Below are positions 16,176 to 25,803 of a stretch of 64,000 nt of DNA, one piece after another. Positions within the stretch are counted from its first letter, which is position 1. Every line of letters starts with the position of its first letter. Below the pieces are notes generated by a model. It was given only the letters and a program-made list of their open reading frames with translations. It was not told the DNA's origin and did no database searches. The stretch lies in assembly GCA_963780775.1 (NCBI GenBank), contig CAWADO010000007.1:6601-70600 (forward strand). Direction: 5' to 3'. The stretch comes from an uncultured delta proteobacterium (GTDB lineage: Bacteria > Desulfobacterota > Desulfobulbia > Desulfobulbales > Desulfocapsaceae). Made by a program: the position numbers and the translations under genes.

Positions 16176-17627
16176 TCAGGGAATCCTGATAATCCCCTGG
16201 ATACGGTCGAGTTCGGCCAGCGACTGGGCATAGACGATCTTGGTCCGGTTTTCGGTCGACAGGGCCTGGGAGTAATCCTGCTGGGCGATCAGTACATCAA
16301 GGGTCGTCGAGCGGCCGGCCTCGAACTTGACCTGCTCGGCTTCGAGCCGTTTCCTGGTGGCGACCGATGTTTTACGGGTGGCCTCGATCGCTTTGAGTGC
16401 CAACTCGACATCGCGAACCGTAACCCGAACCGTCCTGCGGATGTCCTGCTTGAGCTGCTCGACCCTGAATTTACTTTTGTTGAGAGAAGCTCGTGCCTGG
16501 CGGTAGCGGCCCTCCGCCAGCGAGTTGTCAAGCGGTCTGGAGATGCTGAGACCGATCTGCCAGCGGGTGTCGCTGTCTGAGATCGAATTATCAAGGGCGC
16601 TTGTATAATCTTCGGCGTTGGCGCCAAAGCCGACGGTACCGAGCAGATCGAGCGATGGTTTCTGATTGTCATCCGCTTTTTTCAGCTGGTATTGGGAGGC
16701 CTCGACCTGCAGCGCTGCAGCCTGGAGGTCCGGACGATTATTTATTGCTCTGTCATAGATCTTCATGATCTCGGGGCGAACCGGGTCAATGGGGGGTGAG
16801 TCGACCGGGTCAAACGGGATCAGCCACTCCTCGCTGTTGAGCAGCAGTTTCAGGTTGTCTTCGGCAAAACCGATCTGGCGCTCTCCCGAGATCAGATCCT
16901 GTTCGCGCTGGGCGACTTCCGCCTGGGGCTGAAAGAGATCGATGGCGGCAAGTTTGCCTGCTTCGATTCTGACCTCGGTGTCCTCTTGTAATTTTCTGGC
17001 GAGTGCCAGTGAAAGCTCCAGTACCTCGAGATTCTGGTGAGCGAAAACAAGCTCCCAGTAAGCACTTTTGACTTCTGATGCGAGATCGGCGGCGGCACCG
17101 TCTACCACAAATGATGCGGCTTGGACCTGGGTTCTGGCACTGTTCAGATCGGCCATCTGTACATCTGTTCCAAGACCTCTGAGCAGCGGCTGCCGCAGTT
17201 CGAGCGTCACCTCCGAGTTGTAGACCGGGTCGAAGAGGTAGAGCTCTGAATCGGTGTCCAGGTTTCCGTTGTTCCAGCGCAGTTCCATTTCGGTTCCCGG
17301 GGTGAATCGTTTCTGCACACCGGCGTTCCAGGCGGCGGTTTTTTCTTCACCCCCCTCAATCTGGGTCACCGGGGTCTCGCTTCTTCTGCCGGCGCCGACA
17401 TCGGCACTGAGCTGCACATCGAAGGTGCCTTCTGCGGCCATTGCCGCACCTTCGGCTTCGGTGACATCTTCCTGGGTCAGCCTGAGGCCGAGGTTTTTGA
17501 GCAGTGCCGTTTCAACCGCTTCGGCCAGGCTCAGCTCGATCTCTTCTTCTTCGGCGCCGGCTGAAACACCAGTGACGGCAGCCAGAAGCACCATGCCGAG
17601 AATCTGTTTCTTGATAAAGGGTCGCAT
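16176..17627 (-). CDS. TolC-family outer-membrane efflux protein
   Basis: I place the start at the internal ATG at 17627 ('MRPFIKKQILGMVLLAAVTGVSAGA', a signal peptide). This ATG overlaps the RND stop as TAATG. The 67 aa upstream in the ORF track lie inside the RND gene. The protein shows the two-repeat OEP architecture. Confidence 0.88.
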   Translation of the reverse strand: MRPFIKKQILGMVLLAAVTGVSAGAEEEEIELSLAEAVETALLKNLGLRLTQEDVTEAEGAAMAAEGTFDVQLSADVGAGRRSETPVTQIEGGEEKTAAWNAGVQKRFTPGTEMELRWNNGNLDTDSELYLFDPVYNSEVTLELRQPLLRGLGTDVQMADLNSARTQVQAASFVVDGAAADLASEVKSAYWELVFAHQNLEVLELSLALARKLQEDTEVRIEAGKLAAIDLFQPQAEVAQREQDLISGERQIGFAEDNLKLLLNSEEWLIPFDPVDSPPIDPVRPEIMKIYDRAINNRPDLQAAALQVEASQYQLKKADDNQKPSLDLLGTVGFGANAEDYTSALDNSISDSDTRWQIGLSISRPLDNSLAEGRYRQARASLNKSKFRVEQLKQDIRRTVRVTVRDVELALKAIEATRKTSVATRKRLEAEQVKFEAGRSTTLDVLIAQQDYSQALSTENRTKIVYAQSLAELDRIQGIIRIP

Positions 17628-20600
17628 TATTTCGAATCCTTCCTGATCAGTTGTTCTCCTGCCAGCAGCGGGTAGGGTTTCCAATACAAGGTTCTCAATC
17701 TGTTGACCAGGCGCTGCCTGAACTCGGAGGCCTGCTCGAACAGATAGTAGAGGGTCGGGACCACCATCAGGGTCAGGAAGGTGGCGACCAGCAGGCCGAA
17801 GATGACGACAATGGCCATCGACAGCCACATTTGACTCGATTCGCTGACCCAGGAAATGGACATGGAACGAAAATCAAACGAGACACCGGTGACCATCGGG
17901 ATCAACCCTAAAATAGTCGTCACGGCAGTCAGCAGAACCGGCCTCAGCCTGGTCGCTCCGGCGGCAATTACCGCATCACGCAACTCAAAGCCGCGATCCC
18001 GCAGTTTGTTGGTGTAGTCGATCAGAACAATGGCGTTGTTGACCACGACCCCGGCCAGGGAGATGACCCCGACGCCGGTCATGATGATGCCGAAGGGCTG
18101 GGCGAAAAGGGTCAATCCGAGAAAAGCGCCGCCCAGCGAGAGAATAACCGAGGTCATGATGATAAACGGCTGGCTGATCGAGTTGAACATCGAAACCAGG
18201 ATCAGGAAAATCAGCAGCAGGGCGACCAGAAAGGCTTTGGTCAAAAAATCCTGGGATTCCTGCTGGAACTCGAACTCGCCGGTAAATTTGGCCTTGTATC
18301 CCGGGGGCAGCGGGAATTTGGCCAGAAATTTTTCCGCTTCTGCCCGGGCCACGGGACCGGGGATCTTGGTCTCGTCGACATTGGCCTTGACGGTAACCAC
18401 GCGTTCGTTGTTGATCCGGTTGATGTTGCCGATGGTTCCCCCGAAGTTCACTTCGGCGATGGTTGACAGCGGCACCAGTTCGCCGGACGGGGTCGGCAGC
18501 ATCAGTTCGCGCAGGACATCGACCACTTTGCGGTCTGATTCCTTGAGCTGGACGGTAATGTCATAATCGTCGTCACCCTCTCTGAATGAGGAGACCTCGA
18601 GACCGTTGTAGGCGCTCTTCAGCGCAAAACCGATCATGTTGGTGGTCAAGCCGAAGAGAGCGGCTTTCTGGCGGTCGATATTGACCTCGACCGATGGAAT
18701 ACCCTCGACGAAGTCATCGCGAATATCCTCGACGTGGGGAATAGTCTCGAGAATGTCTTTCACCCGCTTGGAGATTTCTCCCAGCACGGTGAAATTATCC
18801 CCCGAGATCTCGATATTGATCGGGGCGCCGGTGGGCGGGCCTTCCTCTTCTTTGGCGATGGTCAGCTTGCCGCCGGGAATGTATTGAATCCGCTTCCGTA
18901 TCTCTTCCACATCCGCCTGGGAAGAGCGGGCCCGGTCCTGCAGATCGATAAAACGGATGCCGATATGGTTCGGCGTGTTGGCAGAAAAAGACGAACCGCC
19001 GCCTGAGGCGACCGTGCCGCGCATGTAAATCGACTCGATGTTGGCCAGATCACTCGGGCCGTAAATCGTCTCCCCGTCGACGGTCTGGTGTTCTTTTCGG
19101 GAGAGGGCTTTAAGTATGGTCATGTCCGGGTCGGTCGGGGTGCCGTCGATTTCGGTGTCGACGCCGCTTATGGCATATTCGACCCGTTTGGTAATCGTAT
19201 CGATGTAATCGATGTCGGCACCTTCCGGAACGTCGATATTGACATAAATGCCTTTGGGATCGATCTCCGGAAAAAACTCAACCGGTTTCAGCAGGCCGAC
19301 GACCATCAGCCAGGCCTGGAACATCAGGATCAGGACAAAAACGGCGATGCCGATGATCGCCAGCGGAGTCCGCAGCGCCCGGGACAGGGCTTTCGTGTAG
19401 TAGGTGAGCAGAAATCCTTTGATTTCCACAGGCCTCTGCACCGCCTCCGACATATCCTCGATATTTTTCGAATCTGTCTGGGCCGGCGGATTTTTCAGCT
19501 TCATGAACAGGGAAACCATGGCAGGGTTGATGACCATGGCGACAAAAAGGCTCGATGCCAGCGTGATGATCAGGGTCAGCGGCAGATAGCTCATGAACTC
19601 ACCCATGATACCCGGCCAGAAGAGCATCGGCGAGAAGGCGGCCAGGGTGGTCAGGGTCGAGCCCATCACCGGGTAGGCGACCTCGGATGTGGCCTTCATT
19701 GCCGCTTCGACCCGCGTTGCGCCCTGTTCCATGAACCGATAGGAGTTCTCGACAATGACGATGGCGTTGTCGACCAGCATCCCCAGGGCCAGGGTCAGGC
19801 TGAAGAGCACCACCATATTGAGGGTGATCCCCATCGCATAGAGAACCGCGAAGGAGAGCAGCATTGAAAACGGAATGGCGAGGCTGACCAGCAGAGCGTT
19901 GCGAATGCCCATCACCAGGAAAATGACCAGCAGGACAAGTACCAGGCCGGTGAGGATATTGTTTTCAAGATCGGCGACCATGTTCTTGATATCGGCCGAC
20001 TGGTCCATGACCTTGGTGATTTCGGTGCCCAGGGGCCAGGTTACACGGGATTCTTCGATAATCCTTTCCCACCGAATCGCTGATCTCGATGATATTCTCA
20101 CCGGTCCGCTTTTTTACCGAGATATTGACGGCATCCCGGCCGTCGAGGCGTGCGCGTGAGGTTTCCTCCTTGTAGTCATCGATGACTCTGGCAACGTCTT
20201 TGAGATAGATCGGTTCACCGTCGCGTATATCGACAACCAGTCCGTAAATCTCTTCGGGAGTCTTGAACTCTCCGGGTACGCGCAGCTGAAAACGGCCGCT
20301 GCCAAGTCGGATGACGCCGCCCGAGGTGTTCTGGTTCTCGCCGTAGACGACTTCCTGGAAATCACCGATTGAAAGGCCGTAGTGGGCCAGCTTCTCCGAT
20401 TCGACCTCGACCCTGATTTCACGCTCGAGACCGCCGGTGACTTCGACCTCGAGAACGCCGCTGATCGCTTCGATATCATCTGAGAGATCGTCGGCGATAT
20501 CCTTCAGGCAGGGCAGCCCGCAGGTTCCGGAGAGTGAATAGACAGCGATCGGCATCTCGGAGAAATTGACCTCGAAAACGGTTGGATCATCTTCGAGATC

Positions 20601-20963
20601 AGAAGGCAGAGAGCCCAGCGCCTGGTCAACCTTGTCCTTGACATCCTGCAGGGCCTTGTCGATATCGGTGCCGGTGACGAATTCGATATTGATCGAGGAG
20701 AGGCCTTCGGAGCTGACCGACTGGATCTTCTTGAGCCCGTCGAGCCCTTTGAGTTTCTTCTCGATTTCAATGGTCACCGATGTTTCGATGTCGGTCGGTG
20801 AAACGCCTCGATAGCTGGTCGACACAAAAACATTGGGAATGGTGATATCGGGCGAGCTTTCACGCGGCAAAACCACGTAAGAATAGAGGCCGACGATGAT
20901 CAGCAGCAGGGAGAGCACGAGCACCGTCGTGCTTTTCCTGACCGCGGTATCGGAAATAATCAT
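17627..20963 (-). pseudogene. RND (AcrB/HAE1-type) efflux permease, split by a single-base frameshift near 20060..20072
   Basis: The ORFs 19965..21092 (true start 'MIISDTAVRKSTTVLVL' at 20963, overlapping the adaptor stop as ATGA) and 17627..20101 are the N- and C-terminal parts of one permease. The span is 3337 nt, which is 3n+1. The reading '...KKRTGENIIEISDSV' continues in the other frame as '...RIIEESRVTWPLGTEITKVMDQSADIKN'. This could be a sequencing error rather than a true pseudogene. Confidence 0.8.
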
Positions 20964-22111
20964 AGCGTGTAGGCCTCCAGGTCGGTGATAACCTTGACAA
21001 CCTTGACAGCACGGCCGTCCTCGACGTCGCGGTGTCCTTCGACGACGACGTGATCGCCCGGTTCGAGACCGCTGGTGATCTCGACCATCCATTTCTCCAT
21101 GATGCCGGTTTCAACAGTCCGTTTTTCAACAACCCCGTCTTTTTCGACGAACACATACTGTTCGTTGTTGCGGGAGATAATCGAATAAAAGGGTATCGTC
21201 AGGGTTTCTTTGCTCTTCTCTTTGACGATATCGGCGCGGACGAACATGCCCGGCAGGATCTGGTGGTCGGGATTGTCGATTTCCAGCTCGAGCCGATAGA
21301 GGCGGGCGAGCGTATCGGGCGAGGTGGAGATGAAATGGCGCCTGCCGGTCACCCGCAGATCATCGAGGGCCTTGATCGTCACATCGACCGTGTCAAGCTG
21401 TCTGACTGCGGTAACGTCCGACTCGGGTATGCCGATAACGGCTTTGACCCGGTCGATCTGCAGCAGTTCGGCGACCATATCGCCAACCCCCAGGTACATG
21501 CCGACCTTGGCCTCGAGACGCCTGACGACCCCGTCCATCGGAGCTTTGATGGTGGTGCGTTCAAGCATGAGCCGGGCATTTTCAAGATCGGCCCGGGCGG
21601 TCTGCATGTTCGTTTCACGCGCCTCGAGTTCAGCCGGCGGGATGACGCCTTTGGCATAGACGCTTTTGTCGCGTTCGTAGTCGGCTTTGGCCAGATCATA
21701 CGCCGCCCGGGCCCGGTCGAGGGCGATCTGGTAATCGGCCGATTCGATCTGAGCGAGGATATCACCTTTTGTGACGCGATCACCTTCCTGAACCATGACC
21801 TCGTCGATGGTCCCGGAGACCTTGGCGGTCAGATTGAGCTGGGTCCAGGCTTCGACCGAGCCGGGCAGGTTCAGGCGGTTGCTGATCGTCGTCGGCTCGA
21901 CTGCCATGACGACGGTGTTCACCGGAGGACGCTCCTGTTTGACCGCCGCTTCCTGCTCGGCCTGAATTGCGGACTTCTTGTCGCTGATCGCCATGAAGAG
22001 CATGACGATCAACACTGCCATCGCCAGCAGAATCATGCGGGGCAGGTTGTTGAAGAAGAAAAAGACAATCTTCCCGCGAACGGTTACGGGTTTTTCGTAG
22101 TGCGTTTTCAC
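20960..22111 (-). CDS. efflux RND periplasmic adaptor (membrane fusion protein, HlyD family)
   Basis: 383 aa. N-terminal TM helix, a coiled-coil hairpin ('ALDRARAAYDLAKADYERDK...ARADLENARLMLERT'), and a beta-barrel C-terminus. Confidence 0.9.
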   Translation of the reverse strand: MKTHYEKPVTVRGKIVFFFFNNLPRMILLAMAVLIVMLFMAISDKKSAIQAEQEAAVKQERPPVNTVVMAVEPTTISNRLNLPGSVEAWTQLNLTAKVSGTIDEVMVQEGDRVTKGDILAQIESADYQIALDRARAAYDLAKADYERDKSVYAKGVIPPAELEARETNMQTARADLENARLMLERTTIKAPMDGVVRRLEAKVGMYLGVGDMVAELLQIDRVKAVIGIPESDVTAVRQLDTVDVTIKALDDLRVTGRRHFISTSPDTLARLYRLELEIDNPDHQILPGMFVRADIVKEKSKETLTIPFYSIISRNNEQYVFVEKDGVVEKRTVETGIMEKWMVEITSGLEPGDHVVVEGHRDVEDGRAVKVVKVITDLEAYTL

Positions 22112-22130
22112 AAGATCACCGGGTCCTGAT

Positions 22131-22730
22131 TTATGGTTTGAGACCCTCGAGGGTCTGATCGAGCATGACTGCCATTGCCTCCGGGATATCCTCGGTCGGT
22201 ATCATTCCGGTATACCAGCATGAGACAAGAAGCAGGTAGAGGGCATAAAAATGGCCTGAGATATGCAGCAGTTCCAGTTCTTTTCTGAGCTCACCACGCT
22301 CCTGGGCGCGCTGATAGATCGGATAGAGCAGTTCGAAATAGCTGTCCTGCATTTCCAGGTCTTCCTTGGACGAGCCCTGTTTCGGAAAGACCTTTTCCTG
22401 CAGAAAGACTCTGCTGAACTCACGGTTTTCCGCCACGTACTTGAAGTCCGCCAGGAAAATGACCATCAGCTGCTCTTTCAGCGCTGTATCCGGGCTTGTT
22501 TTTGCCGCCAGTTCGCTTCTGGCATACTCGAGAATATCATCACAGAATGCTTTGACGATAGCGCGCTTATTGTGAAAGTAGCTGTAGACGGTGCCTTTGC
22601 CGACTCCCGCTTCTCTGGCCAGTTCCTCTATAGAGGTCTGTTCATAGCCATTGCTGGAAAAAAGCTTGATGGCGGCATCGAGGATGCGTGTTCTTTTTAA
22701 AATTTTGTTCTGTTCTCGTATTGAGCTCAT
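22131..22730 (-). CDS. TetR/AcrR-family transcriptional repressor
   Basis: 199 aa. N-terminal HTH 'ILDAAIKLFSSNGYEQTSIEELAREAGVGKGTVYSYFHNK'. It is the first gene of the efflux operon. Confidence 0.92.
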   Translation of the reverse strand: MSSIREQNKILKRTRILDAAIKLFSSNGYEQTSIEELAREAGVGKGTVYSYFHNKRAIVKAFCDDILEYARSELAAKTSPDTALKEQLMVIFLADFKYVAENREFSRVFLQEKVFPKQGSSKEDLEMQDSYFELLYPIYQRAQERGELRKELELLHISGHFYALYLLLVSCWYTGMIPTEDIPEAMAVMLDQTLEGLKP

Positions 22731-22810
22731 AGTCGTCTGTATAGATCTTATTCTGATGCCGTTGCGATGGTATCAGGTGGACCATATAAAAGTGTTTCAG
22801 CAAAAAAAAA

Positions 22811-22873
22811 TGACCGCGGTCGATTTATAAGTGTAATTTCGACCGCGGTCAAGAAAAAAATGACCGCGGTCGA
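22811..22873. promoter_or_regulatory. three copies of the palindrome T(C)GACCGCGGTC(G)A; candidate TetR operators
   Basis: Copies are at 22811..22823 (tgaccgcggtcga), 22839..22851 (tcgaccgcggtca) and 22861..22873 (tgaccgcggtcga). The consensus TCGACCGCGGTCGA is a perfect 14-bp palindrome. Centre-to-centre spacings are 29 and 21 bp. Copies 1 and 3 are each preceded by an A-tract. Confidence 0.6.
22824..22852 (-). promoter_or_regulatory. candidate sigma70-type promoter of the tetR-efflux operon
   Basis: On the minus strand: -35 TTGACC (22852..22847), a 17-nt spacer, then -10 TATAAA (22829..22824). The -35 lies inside palindrome copy 2. Palindrome copy 1 starts immediately downstream of the -10 and covers the expected transcription start. 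Confidence 0.5.
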
Positions 22874-23132
22874 AAAAATAATTAAATCATAATAATTTTA
22901 AAAATTTATATTGATGTCATGAACACATTGATTGGTTTGAATGTAAACGAAAGAATCTTTTCTTCTGACGGGCCCCGCGGTTTCAGTACTCGTTTTGAAT
23001 ATGAAAAGATAGCATTGCCGAAGCCGCGCTGCTGAATTAAGGTAGAGCGGTTGCAGAGATGCCGATGGCAGTTTCAGGTCGCTGCTGTTCCAATCATAAA
23101 AGAGAGCCAGGCTCTAACGAGAGTAGCCAGCA

Positions 23133-23885
23133 ATGGAAATTCAAGCGCAGGTCAGTCAGTGGCTTTCCGGTCTTGCCGGCGTGCTGCAGTTCGGTTACGC
23201 CTTCGGAGCCGGCATGGTGTCGGCGGTGAACCCGTGCGGATTTGCGATGCTGCCGGTGTATCTGTCGCTCTATCTGGGGGCGGAGGAAGAACAATTTCTG
23301 GAGCGTCCCTGGTATATCAGGGCAGCCCGGGCAGCCGCTGTCGCTCTGGTCGTTACCGCCGGGTTCGGCCTGCTTTTCGCTGTAATCGGCATTCTTGTGT
23401 CTGCCGGGGGTTCCTTTCTGCTCAGCCTGATGCCGTGGTTCTCGGTTATTATCGGCAGCTGTCTCATTCTGCTTGGTATCTGGCTGCTGCTCGGCAAGCA
23501 TGTGTCGCTCGACTTCATGACCCGGATTTCCGCTAAGATCGGTGATCCCAGAAATATCAGCGTCAAAGGTTTCTTTCTCTTCGGCCTCGGTTTCGGCGCC
23601 ACCTCGCTGGGCTGTACGCTGCCGATTTTCCTGGTGGTGGTCGGCGGTTCGCTGACTTCGGGAAATTTTGGTTCGGGGCTTCTGCAGTTTGTCCTCTATA
23701 TCATGGGTACCGGCTCGGTACTGATGGTCTTATCCATCGCCATGGCACTGATCAAGGGTGGAATCGTCCTTTCCCTGTTTCGGCGTATCGTTCCTTATGT
23801 AAATAAGATTTCAGCGATTTTCCTGATTCTTGCCGGAAGCTATATCTGCTATTACTGGCTGACAAGCGGTCTCTTGCTGTTATGA
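23133..23885 (+). CDS. ccdA: cytochrome c biogenesis / thiol-disulfide electron transfer membrane protein, CcdA (DsbD-core) family
   Basis: 250 aa, polytopic. It has the signature 'SAVNPCGFAMLPVYLS' and a second 'GATSLGCTLP' Cys motif. Confidence 0.85.
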   Translation: MEIQAQVSQWLSGLAGVLQFGYAFGAGMVSAVNPCGFAMLPVYLSLYLGAEEEQFLERPWYIRAARAAAVALVVTAGFGLLFAVIGILVSAGGSFLLSLMPWFSVIIGSCLILLGIWLLLGKHVSLDFMTRISAKIGDPRNISVKGFFLFGLGFGATSLGCTLPIFLVVVGGSLTSGNFGSGLLQFVLYIMGTGSVLMVLSIAMALIKGGIVLSLFRRIVPYVNKISAIFLILAGSYICYYWLTSGLLLL

Positions 23886-24787
23886 TTTCGCCGCTGATGC
23901 GGGGGATGGCGGCCGCTACGCTGGCCTACATTATCTGGGGCCTGCTGCCGGTCTACTGGAAAATGCTGGACCATCTGCCTGCCTATGAAATCCTCGGGCA
24001 CCGGATGGCCTGGTCCCTGCCGTTTATCGTCTTGTTCCTGCTGCTCTCACGGCAGCGAATATCGTTTTCTCAGTTTCAGGATAAAACGGTATATATCATG
24101 TCCGCTGCCAGTGCCGGGCTGCTGGCAGTCAACTGGCTCGTTTATATCTGGGCTGTGAACAGCGGTTTCATCGTCGAGGCGAGTCTGGGATACTATATCA
24201 ACCCGCTGGTGACGGTCTGCTTTGGCATGATCTTTTTCAAGGAACGCCTCCGCCCCGGACAGATGGTTGCAATCCTGCTGGCGCTGGTCGGAGTTGTTTA
24301 TCTTACTGTCGTCTACGGCAGATTCCCCTGGATAGCTTTTGCTCTGGCAATGACTTTTGGTGTCTATGGACTGCTCCACAAGAAAATCGGCATCGCGCCG
24401 TTGAAAAGCCTCTACCTGGAAACCTTAATATTTTTCCTGCCGGCGCTGATATTGGTTGTTTATCTGGGGCGTGACGGCAGCTCGGGATTCATCCACGGTG
24501 ACGTCAAAACCATTGCCTTACTCGCTGGAACCGGCCTGATCACGACCATACCGCTCCTGCTCTTTGGCTATGCGGCGCAAAAGATTCCGTTGTTTCTGCT
24601 CGGTATTCTGCAATACAGTGCACCGACGCTGAATCTGCTGCTCGGCGTTCTTGTCTATGGCGAGGATTTTCCGGCAAGCCGGATGATCGGCTTTCTGCTG
24701 GTCTGGAGTGCGCTGCTTGTCTTCATGCTTGAAGGACTCAGGCAGAGAGCCCGACAGCGCCGTTTTATGATCGTTTCAAGTCATTGA
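23882..24787 (+). CDS. rarD: EamA/DMT-family transporter, RarD type
   Basis: 301 aa, ~10 TM helices. 'YIIWGLLPVYWKMLDHLPAYEILGHRMAWS' is the typical RarD N-terminus. It overlaps ccdA as ATGA. Confidence 0.8.
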   Translation: MISPLMRGMAAATLAYIIWGLLPVYWKMLDHLPAYEILGHRMAWSLPFIVLFLLLSRQRISFSQFQDKTVYIMSAASAGLLAVNWLVYIWAVNSGFIVEASLGYYINPLVTVCFGMIFFKERLRPGQMVAILLALVGVVYLTVVYGRFPWIAFALAMTFGVYGLLHKKIGIAPLKSLYLETLIFFLPALILVVYLGRDGSSGFIHGDVKTIALLAGTGLITTIPLLLFGYAAQKIPLFLLGILQYSAPTLNLLLGVLVYGEDFPASRMIGFLLVWSALLVFMLEGLRQRARQRRFMIVSSH

Positions 24788-24990
24788 TAGACGATTGTCG
24801 TACCATAAAAAAAAACAGTGCTTATAATAAAGTCACAGAGGGTCTTTGCATGATGTGACAGCGGGCCGACTCTTCTCTTCTTTCACTCCCTCTCTCCACC
24901 AGGCCTTGCAGATCATCATGCTGAGGCCCCGTTTTTTATGCAGTAGAACGCCTCCACCCGCCACCAGTACCATTTCTTTCAGCACCGTGT

Positions 24991-25803
24991 TCAGAGTTCA
25001 GCCTGAAGAATGCGCCGGGTTACGCTCAGTGCGGCCTGAGTTGCCGCCACATCATGCACCCTGAAGATAGAGATATTCTTGTCCAGGCTCAAAGCTGAGA
25101 CGACACTGGTTATCTGGTCCCGCTGATCTGCTTCCAGACCAGTCAAATCACCTAAAAAACGCTTGCGTGAATGGCCGAGCAGAACCGGCTGGCCAAGCTC
25201 TGAGAGTTGATCGAGGTGGTTGAGGAGCTGCAGGTTGTGAACCAGTTTCTTGCCAAAACCGATGCCCGGATCGATAATCACCCGGCTCAGATCGACTCCG
25301 GCGGCAGCGATGATTGCCAGACGTTCTTTAAAGAAGTCGATCACCTCTGCGACTACGTTGTCATAGCTCGGCTCATCCTGCATGGTGCCGGGTGTTCCCT
25401 GCATATGCATGATGATCACTTCGTTAGTGCAGCTGTGCACCAGCTCGATCATTTCCGGATCTTTGCGCAGGGCGGTGACGTCGTTGATGATGTCGGCACC
25501 GGCGGCGAGGGCCTGCCGGGCGACTTCGGCTTTGCTGGTATCGATGGAGATGGGAACCGCAGAGAATGTCCGGATCGACTCGATGATCGGGATGACCCGG
25601 GCCAGTTCATCATCGATGCTGACCGGTTCAGCATAGGGACGCGTTGATTCACCGCCGATATCTATGATATCGGCGCCTTCATCGATCAGCCTGCGGGCCT
25701 GATCCAGAGCTGATCCGTACTCGAAAAAACTGCCGCCGTCCGAAAAGGAGTCCGGCGTAACATTGAGGATGCCCATGATCCTCACGGATCGGGCAACGCT
25801 CAA
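24991..25803 (-). CDS. folP: dihydropteroate synthase
   Basis: 'MGILNVTPDSFSDGG' and 'DIGGESTRP'. The TTG start at 25803 overlaps the ftsH stop as TTGA. An ATG at 25776 is an alternative start. Confidence 0.92.
   Translation of the reverse strand: MSVARSVRIMGILNVTPDSFSDGGSFFEYGSALDQARRLIDEGADIIDIGGESTRPYAEPVSIDDELARVIPIIESIRTFSAVPISIDTSKAEVARQALAAGADIINDVTALRKDPEMIELVHSCTNEVIIMHMQGTPGTMQDEPSYDNVVAEVIDFFKERLAIIAAAGVDLSRVIIDPGIGFGKKLVHNLQLLNHLDQLSELGQPVLLGHSRKRFLGDLTGLEADQRDQITSVVSALSLDKNISIFRVHDVAATQAALSVTRRILQAEL

Noticed and set aside
17631-17639. A T-loop-like 'ttcgaatcc' string that might flag a tRNA.
   Set aside because: It sits at the RND/TolC coding junction. It has no acceptor or anticodon stems around it. 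I found no tRNA-like cloverleaf anywhere in the intergenic regions.
17628-17828. The N-terminal extension of the TolC-like ORF. The analogous extensions are 20964..21092 (RND), 58441..58896 (pilD) and 61112..61207 (aroE).
   Set aside because: Each extension lies inside the upstream or divergent gene and is Arg/Pro/Gly-rich nonsense. Internal starts give proper signal peptides or family-typical N-termini and classic stop/start overlaps (TAATG, ATGA).
21032-22129. A 365-aa plus-strand ORF. Similar long plus-strand ORFs lie at 26064..27068, 19088..19867 and 31417..32220.
   Set aside because: All are antisense to confidently identified minus-strand genes (the MFP, ftsH, the RND permease and carA). 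Their composition is typical of shadow frames.
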